32,000 bases of DNA from Propionibacterium freudenreichii subsp. freudenreichii. Its GTDB lineage: Bacteria > Actinomycetota > Actinomycetes > Propionibacteriales > Propionibacteriaceae. Each line of letters starts with the position of its first letter. Position 1 is the first letter of the stretch. Position numbers and translations under genes: made by a program. The notes below the pieces were generated by a model. The model did no database searches. It saw only the letters and a list, made by a program, of their open reading frames with translations, and was not told the origin of the DNA. Location: assembly GCF_000940845.1 (NCBI RefSeq), contig NZ_CP010341.1, forward strand, positions 660,001 to 692,000, given 5' to 3'. Positions 10,648-20,930 of the stretch are shown in pieces.

Positions 10648-11793
10648 ATGAGGATTGCCCAGCTTGCCAATTTCGTGGCGCCCCACTCGGGCGGAATGCG
10701 GGTGGCCCTGGACGGGCTGGGACGCGAATACGTGGCCGCGGGCCATGAACGGATCCTCATCGTGCCCGGCCTGCGGGACGCGGAGGTGGAAACCGCCTCG
10801 GGCGTCGTCTGCCAGATCGCTTCGCCCCGGGTGTCGGGCACCTATCGGATGATCGTGCGCCCGGGCGCCGTGCGTCGCGCCCTGCGCCGCTTCCGGCCGA
10901 CGAACGTGGAGTGCTCTGATAAGTGGACGCTGGCCTGGACCGGCCGGTGGGCGACCCACCACGGGGTGGGGTCGGTGCTGTTCAGCCACGAGCGCCTCGA
11001 CGACATGTTGGCCGGCTGGCTGCGGACGCGCCGCCCCATGCGACGGATGGTGGGGTTCCTCGACCGCCGGATCGTGCCCCGCTTTGATCGGGTCGTCGTG
11101 GCCTCCCAATATGCGGCCGAGGAGTTCGCGGCATGGTCGCCGCGCGTGCGCGTGGTGCCGCTGGGCGTGGACCTCAGCGAGTTCCGCCCGCTGCCGCGGA
11201 CGCCCCGCGACGCCGGAGCCGCCCTCAGGTTGGTGCTCGTGTCACGCTTGTCGCGTGAGAAGGATCCGCAACTGGCCATTGATGCGGTGCTGGAGCTCCA
11301 TCGACGCGGCGTGCCGGTGCGCCTGGACGTCTTCGGCAGTGGGCCCGACGAGGAGGCCCTGCGCAGCCGGGCCCGCGGCGGACCCATCACCTTCCACGGC
11401 TTCATCGCCGATCGCGGCGAGCTGTCGGCCCGGCTGGGTGCGGCCGACCTGTCCCTGTCCGTCTCACCGAAGGAGACCTTTGGACTCGTGGTGCTCGAGG
11501 CGTTGGCCAGCGGGACGCCGGTGCTCACCTCCAACCGCGGGGGAGCGCGCGAGATCATCACTCCGGGAGCCGGCGTGGTGGACGAGCCTGCCAGCGGCCA
11601 TGTTCCCTGGGGCGCGTGGGCGCCGTCGCGTCCGACCGCACTGGCCGAGGCGATCGAGCAGCTGATCGGTCGACTGGGACCCGGGATGCGTCGGGCGGCA
11701 CGCCAACGTGCCGAGCAGTTCAGCTGGCAGGATTGTGCCCACCGCATGCTGCAGGTGCACCAGGAGACGCTGGGGGATGGGGGACGTCAATAA
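10648..11793 (+). CDS. Glycosyltransferase family 4 (GT-B fold), 381 aa
   Basis: ORF 10552-11793 trimmed to ATG 10648, because the longer start lies inside the rplQ terminator. It has the typical GT4 N-terminus MRIAQLANFVAPHSGGM and the EX7E motif ETFGLVVLEALASGTPVL. No clear RBS. Confidence 0.8.
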   Translation: MRIAQLANFVAPHSGGMRVALDGLGREYVAAGHERILIVPGLRDAEVETASGVVCQIASPRVSGTYRMIVRPGAVRRALRRFRPTNVECSDKWTLAWTGRWATHHGVGSVLFSHERLDDMLAGWLRTRRPMRRMVGFLDRRIVPRFDRVVVASQYAAEEFAAWSPRVRVVPLGVDLSEFRPLPRTPRDAGAALRLVLVSRLSREKDPQLAIDAVLELHRRGVPVRLDVFGSGPDEEALRSRARGGPITFHGFIADRGELSARLGAADLSLSVSPKETFGLVVLEALASGTPVLTSNRGGAREIITPGAGVVDEPASGHVPWGAWAPSRPTALAEAIEQLIGRLGPGMRRAARQRAEQFSWQDCAHRMLQVHQETLGDGGRQ

Positions 11794-11902
11794 GACGTCA
11801 ATAAAGGGTGAGGCCCCCACCCGGCGCCATCCGCGAGATCGCGGACTGCGCACGGGCAGGGGCCCCACACACCAAAGACTCAGTTCAGGCCTTCGGCCCT
11901 GA

Positions 11903-13093
<1,191 letters not shown>

Positions 13094-13164
13094 CTAAGTT
13101 AACCGGCCCCGTGGCGTGTCGGGGAGGGCGCACGGGCTTGGGTCTGAGATTCCTCAGCAGACAC

Positions 13165-13203
13165 GGAACGGCCCCGCATCCACGAGGGATGCGGGGCCGT
13201 TCC
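13165..13203 (-). terminator. Perfect 17-bp hairpin downstream of sodA (probable intrinsic terminator, no clean U tract)
   Basis: GGAACGGCCCCGCATCC-ACGAG-GGATGCGGGGCCGTTCC, located 80 nt after the sodA stop. Confidence 0.55.
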
Positions 13204-13282
13204 CCGGTGCGCCGCCGGTCACCAGCGGACTGGGCACACGGGCTGCCCAGTCGATGCGGGTTGTTCAGGCGATGCGGTGTGC

Positions 13283-13891
13283 TCAGGCAACGCGTGCCTC
13301 GGAGAAGCGCAGGGCGACGTCGTCCCAGTTGACGACATTCCACCAGCTCTTCACGTAGTCACCCTTGACGTTCTTGTACTGCAGGTAGAAGGCGTGCTCC
13401 CACATGTCGAGCTGCAGCAGCGGGATGGAGCCGGCCGGCAGGTTGTTCTGGTGATCGTAGAACTGCAGGGTGTTGATGCGCTTGCCCAGCGGATCCCACA
13501 CCAGCGAGGCCCAACCGGAGCCCTGGATGCCGGTGGCGGCAGCGGTGAACTGGGCCTTCATGTTGTCGAAGGAGCCGAAGAACTCATCGATCGCGGCGCC
13601 CAGCTCGTCGGTGGGACGCTCGGGGGCCGAGCCCTTGGGGGCCATGTTCTTCCAGAACACCGAGTGGTTCACGTGGCCGGCGAGGTTGAACGCCAGGTCC
13701 TTCTCAAGCTTGTTGATGGCACCGAAGTCGGCCTTGTCGCGGGCCTCGGCCAGCTTGTCGAGTGCCGTGTTGGCGCCGTCGACGTAGGCCTTGTGGTGCT
13801 TGTCATGGTGGAGCTCCATGATCTCACCCGAGATGTACGGCTCCAGGGCCGAGTAGTCGTAGGGAAGTTCCGGCAGAGTGTAAACAGCCAT
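13283..13891 (-). CDS. sodA: Fe/Mn superoxide dismutase, 202 aa
   Basis: ORF 13283-14002 trimmed to ATG 13891 (RBS AAGAGGA). Metal-ligand motifs [13 protein letters not shown] and DMWEHAFY. From memory, the sequence appears identical to the P. freudenreichii subsp. shermanii cambialistic SOD. Confidence 0.95.
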
Positions 13892-14088
13892 GTTGTCCTC
13901 TTTCAGTTGCGTTGCCTTACGTACCTGGTCTTGCGTGGCGCGCCGCGGGCCCGGAACCGGGTCCCTCCAACACTGGGGTGACGCGCCCTTCACTTGGAGC
14001 AACCTCCTGTCGATGGGGGATTATTCCCGGGCCCGCCAGTTTCGCGGGCAGGGAAAGGCCGAACTTGATCCAATGGTAGGAAAGGTCC

Positions 14089-15129
14089 GTGAGCGAACAG
14101 ACACCGCCCCCGGGCGGCACATCCGGTCCGGACCCTGCGCGCGAAGAGCCGGTGATCAGTGCCTTCACCGAACCCCAGGAGAGCGCCACGACGCCATCGG
14201 GGGCCCACATCCCCACCCCCGTGCCCATGCCAGGATTCGCTCCACCACCGCCGATGCCCGCGCCCACTGCGGCGGGGATCATCGGCGACGACCCGTCGCT
14301 GGATGAACCGGTGCCCACCTCGGTCGCGCCGGGACGGACCCGTCCCGTGCGCCCTCCCGGCCCGCCCGCACTGAGCATCGTCGGATTGCGCAAGGCCTTC
14401 GGGGCCAAGCTCGCCGTCGCCGACCTGTCCATGGCCGTGCCGCGGGGCTGCATGTTCGGACTCGTCGGCCCCAACGGTGCCGGCAAGACCACCACCCTGT
14501 CGATGGCCACCGGATTGCTGCGCCCCGACGCCGGGCAGGTGCTGGTGGGCGATGTCGACGTCTGGGCCGACCCGGCCCGCGCCAAGGCCCTGATGGGCGT
14601 GCTGCCCGACGGCCTGCGCCTGTTCGACCGCCTCAGCGGACGCGAGCTGCTCAAGTTCGTCGGCCAGATGCGCCGCATGGACGAGGCCACCATCACCGAT
14701 CGCAGCAACCAACTCCTGTCGACCCTGGGCCTGTCCGAGGACGCCAACACGATGGTGGCCGACTATTCGGCCGGCATGACCAAGAAGATCGGCCTGGCCT
14801 GCGCGCTGATCCACCGCCCGCGCCTGCTGGTGCTCGACGAGCCCTTCGAATCAGTCGATCCGGTGTCGGGCGAGACCATCCGCGAGATCCTGCACGATTT
14901 CGTCGCCGGCGGCGGCACCGTCGTGCTGTCAAGCCATGTGATGGAACTGGTGGAGACACTGTGTGACGCCGTTGCGGTGATGGCGGCCGGACGCCTGCTG
15001 GCGATCGGCGACACCGACGACGTGCGCCAGGGCAAGCCCCTGCAGCAGCGCTTCCTCGAGCTCGTCGGGGCCCATCACCTCGAGGGAGGTGGCCTTTCAT
15101 GGTTGGGACGCTCGCAAAGCTCCAACTGA
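14089..15129 (+). CDS. ABC transporter ATP-binding protein (ABC-2/DrrA-like) with about 100-aa Pro-rich N-terminal extension
   Basis: Walker A GPNGAGKTT, signature YSAGMTKK, Walker B LLVLDEP, H-loop SSH. GTG 14089 is preceded by AGGAAAGG. The true start could be further downstream. Confidence 0.82.
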   Translation: MSEQTPPPGGTSGPDPAREEPVISAFTEPQESATTPSGAHIPTPVPMPGFAPPPPMPAPTAAGIIGDDPSLDEPVPTSVAPGRTRPVRPPGPPALSIVGLRKAFGAKLAVADLSMAVPRGCMFGLVGPNGAGKTTTLSMATGLLRPDAGQVLVGDVDVWADPARAKALMGVLPDGLRLFDRLSGRELLKFVGQMRRMDEATITDRSNQLLSTLGLSEDANTMVADYSAGMTKKIGLACALIHRPRLLVLDEPFESVDPVSGETIREILHDFVAGGGTVVLSSHVMELVETLCDAVAVMAAGRLLAIGDTDDVRQGKPLQQRFLELVGAHHLEGGGLSWLGRSQSSN

Positions 15130-16691
15130 CGCTCGCCTGGCGGGGCGTCCGCTCCAGCACGGGGCGCATCATCGGCACCGTCATCATGGGCATCTACGGG
15201 CTCGGGCTGACGGCATTGCTGGTCTTCGGCCTGGTGATGATGCGCACCCCCGCAATGGACGCCTGGCGCGGGCCGGTGCTCACCCTGGCCTTCGGCCTGG
15301 TCACCCTGGGCTGGCCGCTGATCACCATGTTCACCGCCGGCAGCAACGAACTGCTCGATCCCGGACGCTTCGCCCTGTTCCCGGTGACCGCCCGCCAGCT
15401 CATCCCCGGCCTGTTCGCGGCGGCCATGCTCGGCGCCGGCGCCCTCGATACGGCACTGCTGGCGCTGGGCACCGTCATTAGCTGGTCGGGCGGGCTCGGC
15501 ACCGCCGTGGCCGCCGCAGTGGGTGCGGTGCTCGGCGTCGCCACCTGCGTGATCAGCGCCCGTGCCCTCACCGCGCTCATGTCGCGGGTGCTGGCCTCGC
15601 GCCGCTTCCGTGACGTCGGGGGCGTGGCCTTCTTCGCCGTGATCATGGCGGTGAGCTTCGGCATGCAATTCGGATCGCGGATCTTCGCCGACTCGGGTGC
15701 CCCGCAGGACGTCATCTTCATCGCGGCGCGGATCACCTCGTGGACCCCCTTCGGCTGGGCGTGGGCGCTGCCCTGGGACGTCGCGCAGGGGGCATGGTTG
15801 CCCGCGGCGGCGCACCTGGTGCTTGCTGCGGCACTGGTCTGGGCGCTGCTGCGGCTGTGGGAACGCAGCCTGGCCCGGGCCCTGGTCTCACCGCTCGACA
15901 GCGCCGCCGTCGGCGGCACCGTGAAGTCCGGACGCTTCGACTTCCTGGCCCCGCGTGGCCCGATCGGTGCCGTGGCGCGCCGCGACCTGCGGTATTGGCG
16001 ACGCGACCCGCGCCGGCTCATCCAGCTGCTGGCCGTGATCGTGGTGCCGGTGTTCATGTTCGCGCCCGGACTGGCCCAGGGGATGTCGCAGGGTTCCAAC
16101 TTCGCGGTGGACTTCGCCGCGGTGCTCGGCGGCGTGATCGTGGCCTCCACGCTGGCCTGGAGCATCAGCTATGACGGCTCCGCCCTGTGGATGCAGGTGC
16201 TCAGCGGCGTCACCGGACGCGAGGACCGGATCGGACGCTGCTGGAGCGTCACCATCGTCACCGCGCCCTATTTGTTGGTGGTGCTGTTCGGCTCGCTGTT
16301 CCTCACCGGTGACTGGCAGTTGCTGCCCGGCCTGATCGGGGCGTTGATCGCCGCCTTCGGATCATCCCTGGGTGTCGGCTCGCTCGTGGGCGCCCTGTGG
16401 CAACAGGCGATGCCCGCGCCCGGCGGCAATGTCTTCTCGCGCGGCTCGGGAACCACCGCCGAGAACTTCCTCGGCTCGATGGTTGCCATGATCGCGCCGA
16501 TCGTGCTCACTGCACCCAGCCTGGCGTTGGCGATCGTCTCGTGGTGGAAGCCGTGGGCCGGGTGGGCCGCCATCGTGGTGGGCCTGGTCATCGGCTCGCT
16601 GGCCTGCTGGGCCGGCGTGCGGCTGGGCGGACGCCATCTGGACAAGCACTGGCCCGAGGTGCTCAACAAGGTGAAGGAGACCCACGCCTGA
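15099..16691 (+). CDS. ABC exporter permease, large polytopic membrane protein, 530 aa
   Basis: Overlaps the ATPase gene by 31 nt, with GGGAGG upstream of ATG 15099. About 12 hydrophobic segments in two halves. No specific family recognised. Confidence 0.7.
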   Translation: MVGTLAKLQLTLAWRGVRSSTGRIIGTVIMGIYGLGLTALLVFGLVMMRTPAMDAWRGPVLTLAFGLVTLGWPLITMFTAGSNELLDPGRFALFPVTARQLIPGLFAAAMLGAGALDTALLALGTVISWSGGLGTAVAAAVGAVLGVATCVISARALTALMSRVLASRRFRDVGGVAFFAVIMAVSFGMQFGSRIFADSGAPQDVIFIAARITSWTPFGWAWALPWDVAQGAWLPAAAHLVLAAALVWALLRLWERSLARALVSPLDSAAVGGTVKSGRFDFLAPRGPIGAVARRDLRYWRRDPRRLIQLLAVIVVPVFMFAPGLAQGMSQGSNFAVDFAAVLGGVIVASTLAWSISYDGSALWMQVLSGVTGREDRIGRCWSVTIVTAPYLLVVLFGSLFLTGDWQLLPGLIGALIAAFGSSLGVGSLVGALWQQAMPAPGGNVFSRGSGTTAENFLGSMVAMIAPIVLTAPSLALAIVSWWKPWAGWAAIVVGLVIGSLACWAGVRLGGRHLDKHWPEVLNKVKETHA

Positions 16692-16705
16692 GCCGATGCG
16701 GGACG

Positions 16706-17557
16706 CTAGTCGAACCGGGCCTGGCGCGAGGTGCGCCGCAGGATGCGCATCAGGGGTCTGCCCAACAGGGCGATGAGTACGGCATTGGTCAGGGCACGGC
16801 CCATGTTCCAGCCGGCCGAGGTGACCGTGTCGAGCACGAAGAAGGTGTGCAGGTTGCGCCAGGGACTTGCCTCGGGATCGAAGCCGGGTGCGCCCATGCC
16901 CAGGCCGGTGGTGAAGGGCCAGAACGCGAAGTCCAGCAGATATCCGTAGCCGAAACCGGCGACGAAGCCGTAGAGGCACAGCACCACGATCTCACCGACC
17001 GACCCGGGACGCGGCCGGCGGCGGGGCAACAGGCCGGGCAGCAGCCCCACGAAACCGGCCCCGAGCATCTGATAGGGCAACCAGGTGCCCACCCCGCCGG
17101 TCAGGAGCGCCGAGGAGAACATCGTGAGGATGCCCAGCATGAATCCGAAGCTCGGGCCGAAGACGCGCCCGGCCAGGATCAGGAGCACGAAGACGGTTTC
17201 GATGCCGGCGGTGCCCGCGCTCACCGGCCGCACCGCAGTGCCCACGGCGGCCAGCACGCCCAGCATCGCCAGGGCCTTCACGTCCAGGTCCTCATTGGAC
17301 AGCTCGGCAATCAGCAGGGCCAGCACCACGGCCATGATGGCGCCCATCACGAAGGGGGTGGCGGTGCGTCCGGAGGAGTCGGAGCCCAACACGGCTCCGG
17401 GACGCACGAACAGCGGCCAGCAGAAGGCCACCAACCCCAGCACGGCGGTGACGGCGAGCATCACCGAGGTGCGGGCGGACAGCCGCTTGCGTGGCTCCAG
17501 GGGCATCAGATAGCCACCGGCCGTCGCCGGCTCGCGGTGGCGCGTCAGCAGGTTCAT
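16706..17557 (-). CDS. Putative ECF-transporter substrate-specific (S) component, 283 aa
   Basis: ORF 16706-18040 trimmed to ATG 17557, which overlaps the ATPase stop (ATGA). It is a small polytopic membrane protein and the last gene of the ECF operon. The S-component assignment is by context and topology, not by motif. Confidence 0.6.
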   Translation of the reverse strand: MNLLTRHREPATAGGYLMPLEPRKRLSARTSVMLAVTAVLGLVAFCWPLFVRPGAVLGSDSSGRTATPFVMGAIMAVVLALLIAELSNEDLDVKALAMLGVLAAVGTAVRPVSAGTAGIETVFVLLILAGRVFGPSFGFMLGILTMFSSALLTGGVGTWLPYQMLGAGFVGLLPGLLPRRRPRPGSVGEIVVLCLYGFVAGFGYGYLLDFAFWPFTTGLGMGAPGFDPEASPWRNLHTFFVLDTVTSAGWNMGRALTNAVLIALLGRPLMRILRRTSRQARFD

Positions 17558-19170
17558 GGCCGTATCGCCCCGTCTGCCTGCTGACGGCGTCCACGACGCA
17601 CATCGGCCACCGTCAGGATCGGCTGCGGCCAGAACACCTTGGCCAGCTGCGGGGAGAAGGTCGGGGAGGCGGTGCATGCCTCGCGGGTGGTGTCGTCGGC
17701 GATGATGTCGCCCTCGGCCATCACGATCGTGCGGTCGGTGCTGGCGGCGGCGAACTCGACATCGTGGGTGGCCACCACGATGCACACACCGCGGGAGGCC
17801 AGGGTGCGCACCATCGTGGCCAGGTGGGCCTTCGTCGTGTAGTCCAGGCCGCGCGTGGGTTCGTCCAGCAGCACCACCCGCGGCCGCGAGGACAGTTGGA
17901 TCGCCAACACCAGCGCCAGGCGCTGTCCCTCGGACAGGTCGTGCGGGTCGCGGCCCATGTCCAGTGCCACGCCCAGCTCGGACAGCAGGCCGGCAGTGGT
18001 GCCCTCGTCGCGGCCGCTCTCCTTGTCGGCCTGGCGGCATTCATCGCCCACGCTGGGCAGGTAGAGCAGGTCCGCCGCCGTCTGCGGCACCAGGGTGACC
18101 AGTTCACGGGCCTTCTCGACGCTGACAGTGCGGGGATCGGCTCCGGCCACCTCCAGGGTGCCGGAACTCGCGACGGCCCCCTGCATCGCCCACATCAGCG
18201 AGCTCTTGCCAGCACCATTGCGTCCCATCAGGGCGGTGATCTCACCGGCGCGGAAAGCCGTGGTCACCGCATTGACCGCCCGCGTCTCGCCGTAGTCGAC
18301 GACCAGCTTGGTGGCGGTCAGCACCACGGGCCCGTCAGGCGCGGGTGCCTGCGGTGGGTCGGTGAGCACGATGTGCTCGGCCTTGACGCGTCGGCGCGCA
18401 TCGCGCACGGTGAGCGGCACGGTGCTCCAACCCAGCGCCTGTGCCAGGCCCACCAGGGGCGGACGTACATCGGCGCGGGCCAGGACGTCTCCGGCGGGGC
18501 CCACCTGCACCGACCCGTCACCGGGCAGCCATGCCACCGAGTCGGCGAAGGCCATGACGCGTTCCAGACGGTGCTCGGCCACCACGACGGTCAGCCCCAC
18601 CTCGTGCACCAGGGTGGTGATGGACGACAACACATCCTGGGCGGCCGTGGGATCCAGCGCACTGGTCGGTTCGTCGAGGACCACCACGCGCGGCTGGGCC
18701 GCCAACACCGCGGCGATCGCCACGCGCTGCTGTTGGCCGCCGGACAGGTCGGCCAGGGGCCGATGACGCAGGTCCGCGATGCCCATCAGGTCGAGTGTGT
18801 CCTCCACCCGACGTCGCATGGCCGGCTGGGCCACCCCCAACTGTTCCATCCCGTAGGCGATCTCGTCCTCAACCTTGTCGGTGACGAAACCGGCCAGTGG
18901 GTTTTGGCCGACGCTTCCCACCACGCGCGCCAGGTCGCGGGGGCGGTGTTGGCTGGTGACCATCGTGTCGACCTGCACCGTGCCGGTCAGGCGGCCGCCG
19001 TCGAACCAGGGAACCAGGCCGTTGATCGAGCGCAGCAACGTTGACTTGCCGGTGCCGGTGCGTCCCACCAGCAGGCACAGGTCGCCCTCGGGGATCTGGA
19101 AGCTGACATCGTGCAGCACCGGATCGCTGGCGCCGGTGTAGGTGAAACTGACATCGCGGAATTCGATCAT
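17554..19170 (-). CDS. ECF transporter fused double ATPase (EcfA-EcfA'), 538 aa
   Basis: Two complete ABC cassettes: GRTGTGKST / LSGGQQQRVAIA / VVVLDEPTSALD and GRNGAGKSS / LSEGQRLALVLA / VVLLDEPTRGLD. The start overlaps the T-component stop (ATGA). Confidence 0.9.
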   Translation of the reverse strand: MIEFRDVSFTYTGASDPVLHDVSFQIPEGDLCLLVGRTGTGKSTLLRSINGLVPWFDGGRLTGTVQVDTMVTSQHRPRDLARVVGSVGQNPLAGFVTDKVEDEIAYGMEQLGVAQPAMRRRVEDTLDLMGIADLRHRPLADLSGGQQQRVAIAAVLAAQPRVVVLDEPTSALDPTAAQDVLSSITTLVHEVGLTVVVAEHRLERVMAFADSVAWLPGDGSVQVGPAGDVLARADVRPPLVGLAQALGWSTVPLTVRDARRRVKAEHIVLTDPPQAPAPDGPVVLTATKLVVDYGETRAVNAVTTAFRAGEITALMGRNGAGKSSLMWAMQGAVASSGTLEVAGADPRTVSVEKARELVTLVPQTAADLLYLPSVGDECRQADKESGRDEGTTAGLLSELGVALDMGRDPHDLSEGQRLALVLAIQLSSRPRVVLLDEPTRGLDYTTKAHLATMVRTLASRGVCIVVATHDVEFAAASTDRTIVMAEGDIIADDTTREACTASPTFSPQLAKVFWPQPILTVADVRRGRRQQADGAIRP

Positions 19171-20300
19171 GCCTCGCCTGCCGGGGGAGTGGTGGTGGCC
19201 GCAATCGGGGCCAGGATCAGCCCGATGATCACGATCATCAGAGGGTCAAGGGCCGGCCAGGTGGCGGGCTGGGCCGGCGGGGTGAGCACCTTCGGCGCGA
19301 TGATGCCGAGCTGCACCGTGATGCCGATCACGGCCAGGCCACACAGGGCCGTGATGGATTCACGGGCCCGCCAGGGGTCGGGGCGGTAGTGGGTGACCGC
19401 GAGTTGCCGGCCCGACGAGCGCAACGCGATCACGGCGGCCACCACTCCGGCGCCGAGCGTCGAAATGCCCAGCGCCGCGCCGTTGGCCAGCGACAGTAGC
19501 GAGAAGGCACCGAAACACAGCAACGCCAGGGAGGCGAGCATCGCGAATCCGGCGCCCCGTCCCACGCGGGCCTTGTCGCGGGTGGAGCCGTAGCCGCGCG
19601 ATTCCATGGACGCGGCCAGGCTCATCGAGCGTTCGATGGAGTCCTGCAGCACGGGGATGATGAGCGCGCCCAGGCCACGTAGCCCCCGCACGGTGCCACC
19701 GCGTAGCCGACGTGCCCGGCGGATGCGCAGCAGCGACTCGACCAGTTGGGGTGCCACCGACATGGCGATCACCAGCGCCGTGGACACCTCATAGAGCGCG
19801 GAGGGCACCGAACGCAGGGCCCTCTTGGGATTCGCCAGTGCATTCGCCGCACCCAGGCAGATGATCATGGCGCCGAGCCGTCCCGCATCGGCGGCGGTGT
19901 ACACCAGGCCCTCCAGCGTCACCGGGCCGCCCAGCCTGATGCCGGCCATCCAGCCGGGCAATTGCAGCTGGGGCAGCGTGAAGAGCACCCTGCCGTACCG
20001 GATGCCACCGATGGTGATCTGGAAGAGCATTCGGATGGTGACGATCACCAGCGCCAGGGTGATGTAGAGGCCCATGGCGCGGGCCCACGGCGCGTCGCTG
20101 CGGCGCACCATCACCACCGTGATCACGGCGGCGCAGACCAGCACGATGAGCGCCAGGTTGTGGGTGAGGCTCACTGCCGCGGCGGCACCGATCGCCCAGC
20201 ACCACCATGCCCAGGGGTGGGTGCTGCGACGCGCCATGCGGTGGACGCTGGCCGGGGCGGCGACCACCGGTGCCGCAAGCCGCGGCAGGAGCCTGCTCAC
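19167..20300 (-). CDS. ECF transporter transmembrane (T) component, CbiQ/EcfT family, with extra C-terminal TM region, 377 aa
   Basis: Coupling-helix Ala-Arg-Gly-type motifs (LLRIRRARRLRGG, AASMESRGYG). Polytopic. It is about 100 aa longer than typical EcfT proteins. The GTG 20300 start is uncertain. Confidence 0.78.
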   Translation of the reverse strand: MSRLLPRLAAPVVAAPASVHRMARRSTHPWAWWCWAIGAAAAVSLTHNLALIVLVCAAVITVVMVRRSDAPWARAMGLYITLALVIVTIRMLFQITIGGIRYGRVLFTLPQLQLPGWMAGIRLGGPVTLEGLVYTAADAGRLGAMIICLGAANALANPKRALRSVPSALYEVSTALVIAMSVAPQLVESLLRIRRARRLRGGTVRGLRGLGALIIPVLQDSIERSMSLAASMESRGYGSTRDKARVGRGAGFAMLASLALLCFGAFSLLSLANGAALGISTLGAGVVAAVIALRSSGRQLAVTHYRPDPWRARESITALCGLAVIGITVQLGIIAPKVLTPPAQPATWPALDPLMIVIIGLILAPIAATTTPPAGEA

Positions 20301-20312
20301 GCGAGGGGCCGA

Positions 20313-20855
20313 TCAGGAACCGGAGACGGAGCTCGTGGCGGAGCTGGCCTCGGCGCTCTGGCTTGCACTCGCCGCAGCGGACACGCCGTCGAGCTTGGGC
20401 GTGCAGGTGGTGCCGTAGCACCAGCCCTCGATCGAGCCGGCCTTGGGCGATGAGTCGTCGGCGCCCTTGTCGGAATAGGTCCAGCTGCCGTTGGGCGTGG
20501 CCGTGTAGTACTGCCAGTAGGCGCCGGTGAAGGTGGCCGGGCACGGGTTGGGGTAGTCGCCCAGGGTGCAGATCATCTTGCCGTCGGAGCTGCGTCCGAT
20601 CGCCACATTGGCGGCCTCCAGGGCGGCGGTGCCGGTGCTTGGCGTACCGACGCACTGGTTGGCAAGCGTCTTGTCCTGGTCGGTCTGCACGACGAGCCAC
20701 ACCTTGCCCTGGCTGGTGCAGTCCTTCATCGACAGCGCCGTGGCGGTGTTCGACGGTGAGCTCGACGAGCCTGACGTCGACGAGGAACAGCCCGCCAGGG
20801 CGGTGATGGCGCACAGTCCGAGGGCTGCGACGGCAAGGGTGGGTGAGGACTTCAT
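20313..20855 (-). CDS. Secreted Cys-rich lipoprotein (possible DUF4430/transcobalamin-beta-like fold), about 180 aa
   Basis: Signal peptide plus lipobox (AITALAGC), then a Ser/Thr linker, a core with 6 further Cys, and an Ala/Ser tail. ATG 20855 has the RBS AAAGGAAG; the alternative ATG 20870 has none. The core pattern VWLVV...TGTAALEAANV...ICTLGDYP...YWQYY...GSWTYSDKGA...GSIEGWCY resembles DUF4430 from memory only. Confidence 0.7.
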   Translation of the reverse strand: MKSSPTLAVAALGLCAITALAGCSSSTSGSSSSPSNTATALSMKDCTSQGKVWLVVQTDQDKTLANQCVGTPSTGTAALEAANVAIGRSSDGKMICTLGDYPNPCPATFTGAYWQYYTATPNGSWTYSDKGADDSSPKAGSIEGWCYGTTCTPKLDGVSAAASASQSAEASSATSSVSGS

Positions 20856-20870
20856 GGTGCTTCCTTTCAT

Positions 20871-20930
20871 GGGCGGCGGACCGGAGCCCGCCGGCTTTCC
20901 TGGGCGGCGGTACGGAACCCGCCGGCTTTC
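20871..20930 (-). repeat. Two tandem 29-nt repeat units (period 31) in the riboswitch expression platform, each able to form a GGCGG-N8-CCGCC hairpin
   Basis: RNA-sense unit A (20930-20902) is GAAAGCCGGCGGGTTCCGTACCGCCGCCC. Unit B (20899-20871) is GAAAGCCGGCGGGCTCCGGTCCGCCGCCC. They match at 26/29 positions, and unit B ends directly at ATG 20870. Confidence 0.8.

Noticed and set aside
13248-13283. Two tandem 18-nt units (CAGTCGATGCGGGTTGTT and CAGGCGATGCGGTGTGCT) just downstream of the sodA stop.
   Set aside because: Only about 14 of 18 positions are identical and the sequence is low-complexity GC-rich. No function or structure is evident, and chance similarity is likely.
16706-20300. Annotating the ECF module as the classical cobalt transporter CbiMNQO.
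   Set aside because: No CbiN gene is present. The S-like protein lacks the CbiM N-terminal Met-His-x-x-Glu-Gly metal-binding motif. The ATPase is a fused double cassette rather than a single CbiO. The substrate was therefore left open.
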